25,751 nucleotides of DNA from a virus (lineage: Duplodnaviria > Caudoviricetes). Both the position numbers and the translations under genes were made by a program. Each line of letters begins with the position of its first letter. Positions within the stretch are counted from its first letter, which is position 1. Location of the stretch: positions 1-25,751 of the IMG/VR virus record IMGVR_UViG_3300027804_000205. One strand, given 5' to 3'. Of the stretch, positions 1 to 7,711 are shown piece by piece. The notes below the pieces were generated by a model that was not told the DNA's origin, searched no databases, and saw only the letters and a list, made by a program, of their open reading frames with translations.

Positions 1-437
1 GACGAACCGGGTTCTAGGTAGTAGAGCGAGAAGGTGATGCCTTCGATCTTGCGTAGCTCTGCGAATGCCTCGACGGGTGGCGACCACGCGCTGTCGAAGT
101 AGCCTTGCACTGTGACCGAGCCATCTTCATGCGCCGATACCTCGAGCGGGTCGATGTCCTTGGTATTGATGTCCCACTTCGTGCCCCAGTTGGACAGTCG
201 CCACTCATACCATGACGGATAGCCATACTTGGCAAACATGGATCGGCGTTTGTTCTCATAGAGTTCCGCGTTTTCACCGCCGAAAGACGACAGGTCTGGG
301 TCGTCGAGTTCGTCCGGCATGGGCTTGAGGAACTGAAGCAATGCGTTCGCGTTGAACGCTTCGACGAGCTTGCGAGCCATGTCGCCGTGCTCTTTCGGGA
401 AGGTGGCGGTGAAGTTGTTTTCGCACCAGTTGGGCAT
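1..437 (-). CDS. DUF1281/YubB-like ferredoxin-fold protein (3' end runs off the window)
   Basis: Not in the ORF track; translated by hand from ATG at 437 behind AAGGAG: MPNWCENN...GYPSWYEWRLSNWGTKWD...YFDSAWSPP...YYLEPG. The MPNWC, WY.W...NWGTKW and F..AWSPP motifs are characteristic of this family. Confidence 0.85.
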   Translation of the reverse strand, partial: MPNWCENNFTATFPKEHGDMARKLVEAFNANALLQFLKPMPDELDDPDLSSFGGENAELYENKRRSMFAKYGYPSWYEWRLSNWGTKWDINTKDIDPLEVSAHEDGSVTVQGYFDSAWSPPVEAFAELRKIEGITFSLYYLEPGS

Positions 438-450
438 GATGTTTCTCCTT

Positions 451-471
451 GGTTACGGTTACGGTTACGGT
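451..471. repeat. Tandem hexamer (GGTTAC)x3.5
   Basis: GGTTAC at 451, 457 and 463 plus GGT at 469-471. It fills the gap between the stop at 474 and the RBS of the 437 gene. Confidence 0.9.
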
Positions 472-473
472 GA

Positions 474-782
474 TCACACGGGCATTTGCTCGTGCTTGAG
501 TCGCTTGATGCGGAAGAACCCCTTGTGTTGCGGGTTGTAGTGCATGAAGAGTCGAGCGTAGTAGGCGATGAAGTCGTTGCTGACTTTGAAGTCGTCGCCC
601 TTGGTGACCACGCTTGTCTCCCACCTGATGCGGTTGACGATGAGCCAAGCCGATAGGTTTCTGTGCCCGTGGCTGATTGCCTCACGGGTAAAGCGGTCGA
701 ACATCTCGTAGACATGGGGGTTGGCTTTGTGCCATGCCCACCATCGACGCTTGGTTTCATCGACTGCTACGCCCGAGGTCAT
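474..782 (-). CDS. Conserved phage hypothetical protein (102 aa)
   Basis: AAGGAG RBS and ATGA overlap with the upstream gene. The pattern H..NP.VY..F...IRW...FK..N....YYAR......P...GFF resembles a common uncharacterised phage protein. Confidence 0.8.
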   Translation of the reverse strand: MTSGVAVDETKRRWWAWHKANPHVYEMFDRFTREAISHGHRNLSAWLIVNRIRWETSVVTKGDDFKVSNDFIAYYARLFMHYNPQHKGFFRIKRLKHEQMPV

Positions 783-1132
783 TTCGATTGCTCCTTGCGT
801 TGGCGGTCAGTCACGATCAGGTGGGCGCAAGCATCGAACAGGAAGTCGGATTGCTCGGCTGTCTTGATCTGGTCACCGCTCGGGGCTGGCGACATGCGGA
901 AGTGGTCGTCTCCCGATGTTGCCCACACGATAGCGTTGAGCTTGTTCTTGGTTGTGATGACGCACACGAGACGACTCTTCTCGAACCTGTTTGGCACGAG
1001 CTTGAGCGAATAGGTTGCGTCCTTGCCGAACAGGATTGTGACTGGTCGATTGGCTGGCGCGCTCTCGTAGTAGGCGATGACCGCTGTCTCGACAGGCAGT
1101 GGCGGGGGAAGATCGGCGCTGATCATTTCCAT
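779..1132 (-). CDS. Hypothetical early protein (117 aa)
   Basis: Start moved to ATG 1132 (MEMISADLPPP), which follows GAAAGGA. Tightly packed with its neighbours. Confidence 0.7.
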   Translation of the reverse strand: MEMISADLPPPLPVETAVIAYYESAPANRPVTILFGKDATYSLKLVPNRFEKSRLVCVITTKNKLNAIVWATSGDDHFRMSPAPSGDQIKTAEQSDFLFDACAHLIVTDRQRKEQSK

Positions 1133-1296
1133 GTTCCTTTCACGGGTGTGTATGGGATGACGAGACATTCGCCCGTAACGAATGTGCCGTCGGCGTGATA
1201 CTCAACCTCACCGCAGCCCATCATCCAGTTGATCAAGACGAGGCTGAGCAAGGCTGCGAAAGCGATGATTGCGAGGATGGTTGCGATGGCTTTCAT
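1123..1296 (-). CDS. Small membrane-anchored protein (57 aa)
   Basis: AAGGAG RBS before ATG 1296. MKAIATILAIIAFAALLSLVLINWMMGC gives one hydrophobic helix, followed by a short domain with two Cys. Confidence 0.75.
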   Translation of the reverse strand: MKAIATILAIIAFAALLSLVLINWMMGCGEVEYHADGTFVTGECLVIPYTPVKGTWK

Positions 1297-1315
1297 GTTG
1301 ACTCCTTGGTTGTGT

Positions 1316-1361
1316 TGTCTCGATAGCGTGACAGGATAGCACATGTCACGCCAACGAGACA
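1316..1361 (-). promoter_or_regulatory. Long intergenic stem-loop (possible RNase III-type processing site)
   Basis: TGTCTCG(1316-1322)/CGAGACA(1355-1361) and GCGTGACA(1326-1333)/TGTCACGC(1344-1351) form nested inverted repeats. No U-tract follows. Confidence 0.5.
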
Positions 1362-1367
1362 TCGGGT

Positions 1368-1502
1368 TTACATACTCCTTGCGACCCAGATGAGCCACAA
1401 AGCACTGAGGATGCCGTTCCTGCGAGCGGCTTCGTGAAAGGCGTAGCGTCCGCCCCAACGATTGAGGTCTTCCATGACCTGCCAGACATTCGTGCGTGTC
1501 AT
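1368..1502 (-). CDS. Small hypothetical protein (44 aa)
   Basis: Below the ORF-track cutoff. GGGAGG RBS and ATGA overlap with the stop of 1499..1744. Sequence MTRTNVWQVMEDLNRWGGRYAFHEAARRNGILSALWLIWVARSM. Confidence 0.65.
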   Translation of the reverse strand: MTRTNVWQVMEDLNRWGGRYAFHEAARRNGILSALWLIWVARSM

Positions 1503-1744
1503 AGCCGACCTCCCTGCTTGATGTTGATCCCGTAGAACGCGAAGGCATCGACGGGTGACATCCCCGTCTTGCCCACGAACTGGACTGCTTTGAGGCAGTC
1601 TTTCGTGTAGGCGATGCGTTCATCGAGGATGACTCGCATCTCCGTGTCGCCGTCTTGCACGGCTTGTTTGCGCGCCTGCATTGCTGCGAAGAGCGCACGC
1701 TGGTAGAACTTGGTCGCGTCTGCGACTGCTACGGCTGTGGTCAT
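1499..1744 (-). CDS. Hypothetical early protein (81 aa)
   Basis: AAGGAG RBS, protein-like composition, tight packing with neighbours. Confidence 0.75.
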   Translation of the reverse strand: MTTAVAVADATKFYQRALFAAMQARKQAVQDGDTEMRVILDERIAYTKDCLKAVQFVGKTGMSPVDAFAFYGINIKQGGRL

Positions 1745-1747
1745 GGC

Positions 1748-1957
1748 TCACTCCTTGGTTGCGTTGGCGAATGCGACCGACATGGCGGTCTCGGTGTCGT
1801 TGTTGTCGACCTCGAACGAATCCTCTGTGGGCGGGTCGAACGCACCCGTGGCGAGGAACGAGTAGAAGTTGTCGTCGTCGTGCAGTGTGTCCGCACGGCG
1901 AAGCGCCAACAACTGACGGGTTTGTGACGCGATGCGTCGCTGGTGTTGTGTCTGCAT
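1748..1957 (-). CDS. Hypothetical early protein (69 aa; basic N-terminus, acidic C-terminal half)
   Basis: GAAAGGAG RBS before ATG 1957; directly downstream of the terminator. Confidence 0.7.
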   Translation of the reverse strand: MQTQHQRRIASQTRQLLALRRADTLHDDDNFYSFLATGAFDPPTEDSFEVDNNDTETAMSVAFANATKE

Positions 1958-1987
1958 GGTGACTCCTTTCGTGGTTGCGAACAGACG

Positions 1988-2014
1988 AAAAAAAACCCCC
2001 GCCGAAGCGGGGGT
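1988..2014 (-). terminator. Rho-independent terminator
   Basis: Minus strand reads CCCCCGC-TTCG-GCGGGGG-TTTTTTTT: a 7-bp GC stem with a cUUCGg tetraloop and U8, about 15 nt after the stop of 2029..2409. Confidence 0.95.
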
Positions 2015-2028
2015 CGTGTGCTGCGCGA

Positions 2029-2409
2029 TTAGGCGAGCTTGGCGAGGAACGAGCGGAGCAGAGCCAACTCGTCTGCGCTCAGCGCAGGTGCGTTGACGGC
2101 AGGGGCTTTCGCCTTGCGTGTGCGCTTGGGTGCGACGGTCGCGGTGAAGGTCGCGACGGGTGCGGGAGCGGCGAAGCCGTCACGCATGGCGCGCACGGTG
2201 GCGAGGTTGGCGTTGGCGTTGGCGAGGATGCTCGCGTGGGCTTGCACACCTTTGCCTGCGGACGCGGCGGCGTTAGCCTTCGCGGTGCGCGTGGTGATGC
2301 GACGCTCGAACTCTGCGACGACTGGGTCGATGTCGGCGACAGAGGTCGCGCCCTTGGCGAGCGCGATGAGGTCAGAGGCTTTGAGGTTGGCGAGTTTGAT
2401 TGTGGACAT
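2029..2409 (-). CDS. First early gene; Ala/Lys-rich helical protein (126 aa)
   Basis: AAGGAG RBS and its own terminator. Contains a basic PKRTRKAK patch and an amphipathic C-terminal helix. Confidence 0.8.
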   Translation of the reverse strand: MSTIKLANLKASDLIALAKGATSVADIDPVVAEFERRITTRTAKANAAASAGKGVQAHASILANANANLATVRAMRDGFAAPAPVATFTATVAPKRTRKAKAPAVNAPALSADELALLRSFLAKLA

Positions 2410-2469
2410 GGCATTCTCCTTCGAGTCCGTTGTGTGTCACATGCGGGTGACACGACCGTTGCCGGAAGT

Positions 2470-2600
2470 GGCTGACTCCAACTGCCCCCTATCCCCCTCT
2501 GGGGGAATCAGGCGCACGCCGGAGCGTGTGCCGGAACGGCTGACTGAACTGTCAACCGAACCGGCTGACTCCAATCGCCCTCCTCCTCCCTCTGGGAGGA
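2470..2600. repeat. Duplicated GGCTGACTCCAA + TCT-loop hairpin element (93-bp period)
   Basis: GGCTGACTCCAA at 2470-2481 and 2563-2574, with a partial GGCTGACT at 2538. Hairpins TCCCCC-TCT-GGGGGA (2492-2506) and TCCTCCC-TCT-GGGAGGA (2584-2600). In both copies 16 nt separate the 12-mer from the loop. Confidence 0.85.
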
Positions 2601-2739
2601 CGACGCGCCCCGTAAGCCCGCGTCATGATTGGGCAAGCGCGCGCGAGGCTCATTTTTTGCCCACCTCGCGCACCCGTGCGAAACGCAGGGGCACGCGAGC
2701 CACCGCAAAGTCCCTCGATGGGAGACGAAAACCGTGAAA

Positions 2740-2752
2740 AATCAACGACTTA
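2740..2752 (+). promoter_or_regulatory. Putative IHF binding site
   Basis: AATCAACGACTTA matches the WATCAANNNNTTR consensus, has upstream A-tracts, and lies in non-coding DNA upstream of terS. Confidence 0.5.
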
Positions 2753-2927
2753 GCCTCGCAGATGCACGCTTCATGCACCGCAAGGCGCGTCCCGTGAGCG
2801 CGCCCCCGGGGGGAGACCCCATCCCGCCGACGGCTTGCAGCTCATGCCATGCCCTGCCACTCGAAATTTCGCACCAAAAAATGAAAACTCGGTCACAATA
2901 ACGAGACACGAAGAAGGAGAAAAAGAC

Positions 2928-3353
2928 ATGCCAAACGTCCGCAAGAATCGCAGCATCACGCAAAGCACAGGCGGTCTGCCCGCCGTGACACCCATTGAAG
3001 TCGACCGTGTCCGCCGCTCGGTTCTGGACATCGTCCGCAACAACATCCCGACCGTCAGAGAAGTTCTCAACGGTGACAGAAGCTGGTCGAACCAGCAGGT
3101 TCGTCTATTCGGAATGATGCTCAACAAGGTGATGCCAGACCTGCACCACACATTCAATGAGCACACCATCGAAAACAAAAAGGCACACGAACTGACAATC
3201 GAGGAGCTTGAACAGATCGCTCTACAAGCCACTCAACAGTCTGAACGGGAAGACAAAGAAGAGACGATGGAGGATACTGACGACATCACCGATGCGGAGG
3301 TCATTGACGCGCTCAAGCATCATGACTCTAAGGAGGAAAAAAGTGCCATATAA
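2928..3353 (+). CDS. terS: Probable terminase small subunit (141 aa)
   Basis: AAGGAG RBS before ATG 2928. First gene of the late block, upstream of terL. Helical with an LNKVMPDL...ELTIEEL pattern and acidic tail. The call is mostly positional. Confidence 0.6.
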   Translation: MPNVRKNRSITQSTGGLPAVTPIEVDRVRRSVLDIVRNNIPTVREVLNGDRSWSNQQVRLFGMMLNKVMPDLHHTFNEHTIENKKAHELTIEELEQIALQATQQSEREDKEETMEDTDDITDAEVIDALKHHDSKEEKSAI

Positions 3354-4125
3354 CTTCCAGTCAGAGAACAGACAACTGAAGCCAAGTGAACTGGATGTCT
3401 CAAAGCTCAACCTGAATGGCGAGATGAACATCCAGTTGACACCTGAGATGGTCGCTTTTTTACGCACAAACCTAACTCCCATCGTCAATCTTCAGCAAGG
3501 CCAACCGCCAAACCACGTCTCCGGATACCGCATGTTCTCTGATGTCGGTGTAAACAGGGAGATGGATGGCTACTCCAGCATGGACTATGGATTCAAGTCC
3601 ATGGGCAGTTTCCAAGACAGACAGCAAGAGGGTCGCTTCAACCCATACGTCTCGATGAACAATCCGCTCCCGCTTCCGGTCGAGCACTATGTAAGACGAG
3701 ATGCCCCCGGAATCTCTCAAGGGCGAGACGACATGCAGAACATGTCATACAGCAACATGATGCCCGGTAGAGTTGCGGTCGGAACCCGGCTTCCGGTGTT
3801 CAACGATGCTGGGGTTGGCATGCTCAATGCCGAATACAACCGCTCAGACAAGCCTCAAGGTGGCGGCCCATCCATGGACGAACTCAGGCTCAACTTTGAG
3901 CAGGCTGTCAAGAACGGCACAATCAACGCCTATGTCTCTCGTCTTCGCAATCTCATAGGAGAAGAGGGCCAGAACTTCAACGCCACATCAGCAGGAGCAA
4001 ACATGGAGTTCAGGAACCCCGTTGGCACAAACAGCAGTCTCTCGGTCGGTGGTCGATATGACAGGTCGTCCATGGACTCAAAGCCAAACCTGAACTTTCA
4101 AGTTCTCCTCAAGAAGATGTTCTGA
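3343..4125 (+). CDS. Hypothetical 260-aa protein with outer-membrane beta-barrel-like patterning
   Basis: AAGGAGG RBS before GTG 3343; stop overlaps the terL start (TGATG). Many alternating polar/hydrophobic strands and a terminal Phe. Confidence 0.75.
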   Translation: MPYNFQSENRQLKPSELDVSKLNLNGEMNIQLTPEMVAFLRTNLTPIVNLQQGQPPNHVSGYRMFSDVGVNREMDGYSSMDYGFKSMGSFQDRQQEGRFNPYVSMNNPLPLPVEHYVRRDAPGISQGRDDMQNMSYSNMMPGRVAVGTRLPVFNDAGVGMLNAEYNRSDKPQGGGPSMDELRLNFEQAVKNGTINAYVSRLRNLIGEEGQNFNATSAGANMEFRNPVGTNSSLSVGGRYDRSSMDSKPNLNFQVLLKKMF

Positions 4126-5774
4126 TGCAGGTCTCGCCACAAGAAGCCGCCAAATATCTATTGCGCCTCAAGAAAGCGCAAACGTCTTTTCGCGAGTTCG
4201 TTCACGCAATATATCCAGACCTCAAGTGGGCATCTTTCCATTACGAACTCATGGATGCCCTCGACGCTTTGGAAAAAGGAACGCTCACCAATGCCAGTGG
4301 AAAGCAGGTGACACGGCTGCTGATCACAATGCCTCCACGGCACGCGAAGTCTTTCCTCGCAACAATCACGTTTCCTGTCTACTACCTTGCAAGAAAGCCC
4401 GTTCGAAATGTTCTCTCCACTTCATACAATCAGGACTTGGCTAAGACATTTGGACGCCAAGTTCGCGATCTGGCGCGTGAACCGATTGTTAGCCAAGCAT
4501 TCAAAGACTTTGGAATGTCGGAAGAGAGTCGGGCGGTCGACGACTGGCGTACTTCTGTTAATGGCACTTATTTCGCCACGGGTATTGGTGGCTCGACGAC
4601 TGGACGCGCGGCGACGCTCCTTCTTCTCGACGATCCAATTAAAGCCCGAGAGGAAGCAGACTCCGCAAGCCAAAGAAACAAAACGTGGTCTTACTATGTT
4701 TCTGCACTGACAACTCGTAAGCAGCCAGAGCCTGACGATACGCCGCCCATTGAGATCGTCATCCTGACCCGCTGGCATCCAGACGATGTTGCCGGTCGTC
4801 TCATGGAGACAGACGACTGGAAGGACGGCCTCTGGCATCACATTAACTTCCCAGCCATTCGTGAGACGGGCGGAGAGAAGCGCCCGGTCACAGAACTTCC
4901 AGAGGATGATCCACGCTATGTCGCGCCCGGAAAACTCTCAACGGTTGCCCCCGGCAAGCGTTACTATCGCGAAACTAAGGAGGAGGCTCTGTGGCCTGAG
5001 AGATTCCCTCTTGAAGAACTTCACCGCCGCCGCCGCCTTGACCAACGAGAATTCGCATCCCTCTACCAGCAGTCGCCGTTCATCGCAGGCGGCAACATCA
5101 TCAAGGCAAAGTGGTGGAGGTCATACAACCCAGAGCTTGTCAGACCCAGCACGGTCATCATGCTGGCCGACACCGCCTTCAAGAAAACGGAGCAAGCCGA
5201 CTACTCTGTAATCATGACCATGGGTATGGACGCTGGCGGGGACATCTTCATCCTCGACATATTGCGCGGCAAATACGAGTTCCCGGAACTCAAGCGCAAG
5301 GCCATCAACCTCAACACCATGTGGCGTGGTCGCGGACTTCGCGGCCTCTACATCGAGGACAAGGCATCAGGCCAGTCGCTCATTCAAGAACTCAAGGCAG
5401 CCTCCGGAATCTCCGTCATCCCCTACAAGGTTTCGACAGACAAGGTGTCTCGTCTCAATGCCGTCACACCATTGATCGAAGGCGGGCGAGTCCACTTGCC
5501 AGAAAGAGCGCCTTGGCTGGACGACTTCATGAACGAGTGCCAAGCGTTCCCGTCCGGCAAAAACGACGACCAAGTTGACACTTTGACCATGGGTCTGGAC
5601 ATCATGTCCCGCATGGGAGGTGTCGGATCAGAACTCATCAACGCGCCAATTGATGTTGCCACCTCCCTTTACAACCAGTTCAAGCCATTCGAGAGTTCAA
5701 CCTCGCGCGGCCCGTGGGTGGACAATGTAGGCAAGCAAAAGGCTCATGAATGGAAACCTTGGGGTGAACTGTAA
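4125..5774 (+). CDS. terL: Terminase large subunit
   Basis: Walker A-like MPPRHAKS, Walker B LLLLDDP, coupling motif LTRWH.DD, and RNase H-fold nuclease residues (ADTA..DYS, IEDKASG, DDQVD). Confidence 0.97.
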   Translation: MQVSPQEAAKYLLRLKKAQTSFREFVHAIYPDLKWASFHYELMDALDALEKGTLTNASGKQVTRLLITMPPRHAKSFLATITFPVYYLARKPVRNVLSTSYNQDLAKTFGRQVRDLAREPIVSQAFKDFGMSEESRAVDDWRTSVNGTYFATGIGGSTTGRAATLLLLDDPIKAREEADSASQRNKTWSYYVSALTTRKQPEPDDTPPIEIVILTRWHPDDVAGRLMETDDWKDGLWHHINFPAIRETGGEKRPVTELPEDDPRYVAPGKLSTVAPGKRYYRETKEEALWPERFPLEELHRRRRLDQREFASLYQQSPFIAGGNIIKAKWWRSYNPELVRPSTVIMLADTAFKKTEQADYSVIMTMGMDAGGDIFILDILRGKYEFPELKRKAINLNTMWRGRGLRGLYIEDKASGQSLIQELKAASGISVIPYKVSTDKVSRLNAVTPLIEGGRVHLPERAPWLDDFMNECQAFPSGKNDDQVDTLTMGLDIMSRMGGVGSELINAPIDVATSLYNQFKPFESSTSRGPWVDNVGKQKAHEWKPWGEL

Positions 5775-5781
5775 GGACGAC
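5775..5781 (+). promoter_or_regulatory. GGACGAC intergenic motif (candidate late promoter element), before portal
   Basis: Starts immediately after the terL stop; the same 7-mer occurs at 13896, 15266 and 21714. Confidence 0.55.
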
Positions 5782-5812
5782 AGCCAACCCCAATTTGTTG
5801 GATAAACAGACC

Positions 5813-7711
5813 ATGAATTATCGTGACATCAGACAATCGGACGACAGTCTTATCGTGGACTTATCAGAGCACGTCAATGCTCTGATGAACTACGACGACA
5901 TCTCCGACCTCCTAACAGACGAGCAAGAGCGCAAGCTCATTGACTTTATTCGCGCCTGCTCGAAGATGTCGTGGGATCGCATCCGCCGCCGTTACGACCA
6001 CTGGCGCGACGCAGACCGCGCGCACGATGTTTGGGTTCCTGCGGACACAACCAAGTTCCGCGAAAAAGTCGTCATTGCTGATACCCGCGCCATCGCCGAC
6101 ACAGTCCTCACCTACCAGATGGCTGCCTTGGCTGGTCGCAACCCAATGTTCCAGCTTGAGGGCTTGAATCGCAAGTCGCGCCGCGCCTCCCTGATTCTTG
6201 AGCGCATGCTGCACCAACAGATGCGCCGCACCGCTGGCGAGGCACGCATCGCCCAACTTCTGCTTGACAGCCTGCGCTACGGCTTTGCCCCGACCAAGAT
6301 CGTCTGGGACGCAAAGACCAACTCAAACCAGATCATCAACTTCGATCCACGCAGGGTTTTCCCTGACCCCCGTGTCAACTGGGGTGAGTGGGATCGCATG
6401 CAATACATCATCTTCAGCGACTTCGTCTCGACCAACGCGCTGATTTCGAGCGGCCTGTATCCCAAGCTCAACAAGTATCCCGGCCTGCGCAAGTCCATCC
6501 ACCGCGCAACTTGGTGGGACGCTCACAACTACTGGAAGGAAGAGGGCCGTGGTCTGAACATCAATCAGTCCATCGACCGCAACTCCGGCTCAAACGGCTA
6601 CCAGTTCACCCTCGACCCAGCCCGAACATTGGATGAGTGCTGGATTCGTCTCAACGGATTCGAGATCGGCATCCCGAGCATCGAGCAAATCTGGCTGGTC
6701 TGCGCCGTCTTGGACGAGCACGCTGTCATCCGCTTCCAGTTAAACCCCTACGGTCAGCAGTTCCCGACCACGATTGGCGGTCTCTACTACGACAGCCACA
6801 AAACTTACAGCCAGTCGCTCTACGACCTGCTGCTTCCACTGCACGAGGTCTCGACTTGGCTGCTGCGCAGCCGTATCGACAACGTCCAAGCCGCGCTCAA
6901 CAACCTCGTCTTCGTTGACCCGACGCAGGTATCCGTCCCAGACTTGATCGACCGCAACCCATGGGGCGTGGTTCGCACAATGCCGGGTGCAAAGCCCGGT
7001 GACGGCGTGTTTATCGCCGAGATTCCGGACGTAACCCGTGGTCACTGGAACGACATTGCAGCCATGTCTGACCTGAAGCAGCGCATCTCCGCCGCCAGCG
7101 ATGCCCAGCAAGGCGTTCCAACCAGCGACGGCATCCGCACCGCAACGGAAATTCAGCGTCTGACGCAACTCGGCTCACAGCGCCTTGGCGTTCTGGCTCG
7201 AGTCATGTCGGCAACGACTGTCCGCCCCATGGTCAACATGATGGTCGCCAACATTCAGGATGCCCTGAACGTCGAGGGCAGCCTTCGTCTCAACCAACAA
7301 GATGCCCCATCCGAATTGACCCGCATGGTTCAAGACGGCTATGTCGACTACGACAGCACCATGCTTCAAGGAGAAATCGACTACCTTGTGGTCGACGGAA
7401 CGCTGCCCATCGAACCAACCCGCAACGCCGAGACTTGGCTGAACATGATCCAGATCATGGGTCAGTCCGGCCTCCAGATGGAATACAAAATGGGCAAGAT
7501 CGCCGAAGAGGCTATCCGCGCCATGGGCGTTAGCGACCTTGACCAGTTCAAAATCACCAAGGAAGATCAGGCCAATGGCCCGTCTCCGTCTCAACAAATG
7601 GCGCTCATGGAAAAGATGCGCGGCGCTTCTGTCATGCCAGAAGAACAAATTGCCGCAGAAGCCCAGAAGGGCAACATCATTCCGTTGAGCCAAGCACAAG
7701 GAGGTAGATGA
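5813..7711 (+). CDS. Portal protein
   Basis: About 630 aa directly after terL. Podovirus portal-like segments (FPDP, SQSLYDLLLPL...RIDNV, RTATEIQ) and a Gln/Met-rich helical C-terminus. ATG 5813 is preferred over TTG 5795. Confidence 0.9.
   Translation: MNYRDIRQSDDSLIVDLSEHVNALMNYDDISDLLTDEQERKLIDFIRACSKMSWDRIRRRYDHWRDADRAHDVWVPADTTKFREKVVIADTRAIADTVLTYQMAALAGRNPMFQLEGLNRKSRRASLILERMLHQQMRRTAGEARIAQLLLDSLRYGFAPTKIVWDAKTNSNQIINFDPRRVFPDPRVNWGEWDRMQYIIFSDFVSTNALISSGLYPKLNKYPGLRKSIHRATWWDAHNYWKEEGRGLNINQSIDRNSGSNGYQFTLDPARTLDECWIRLNGFEIGIPSIEQIWLVCAVLDEHAVIRFQLNPYGQQFPTTIGGLYYDSHKTYSQSLYDLLLPLHEVSTWLLRSRIDNVQAALNNLVFVDPTQVSVPDLIDRNPWGVVRTMPGAKPGDGVFIAEIPDVTRGHWNDIAAMSDLKQRISAASDAQQGVPTSDGIRTATEIQRLTQLGSQRLGVLARVMSATTVRPMVNMMVANIQDALNVEGSLRLNQQDAPSELTRMVQDGYVDYDSTMLQGEIDYLVVDGTLPIEPTRNAETWLNMIQIMGQSGLQMEYKMGKIAEEAIRAMGVSDLDQFKITKEDQANGPSPSQQMALMEKMRGASVMPEEQIAAEAQKGNIIPLSQAQGGR

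Noticed and set aside
14-760. 248-aa minus-strand ORF (and 274..648)
   Set aside because: Alternate-frame shadows of two real genes (1..437 and 474..782). Ser/Thr/Arg-rich with no RBS.
1123-1698. 191-aa version of the membrane-protein ORF
   Set aside because: The N-terminal extension overlaps two better-supported genes; the start with an SD is at 1296.
2527-2555. TTGACA on the minus strand as a sigma70 -35 box
   Set aside because: The hexamer 17 nt downstream is GGCACA, not a -10 element.
2470-2600. Repeats as a mini CRISPR array
   Set aside because: Only two full, degenerate units; no regular repeat-spacer structure and no cas genes.
1975-2737. Plus-strand ORFs 1975..2475 and 2039..2737
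   Set aside because: Antisense to the SD- and terminator-supported 2029..2409 gene, and they run through repeat elements.
4920-4958. VAPGK duplicated within terL; possible intein or intron
   Set aside because: A short in-frame loop insertion with no intein splice residues, and the ORF is uninterrupted.
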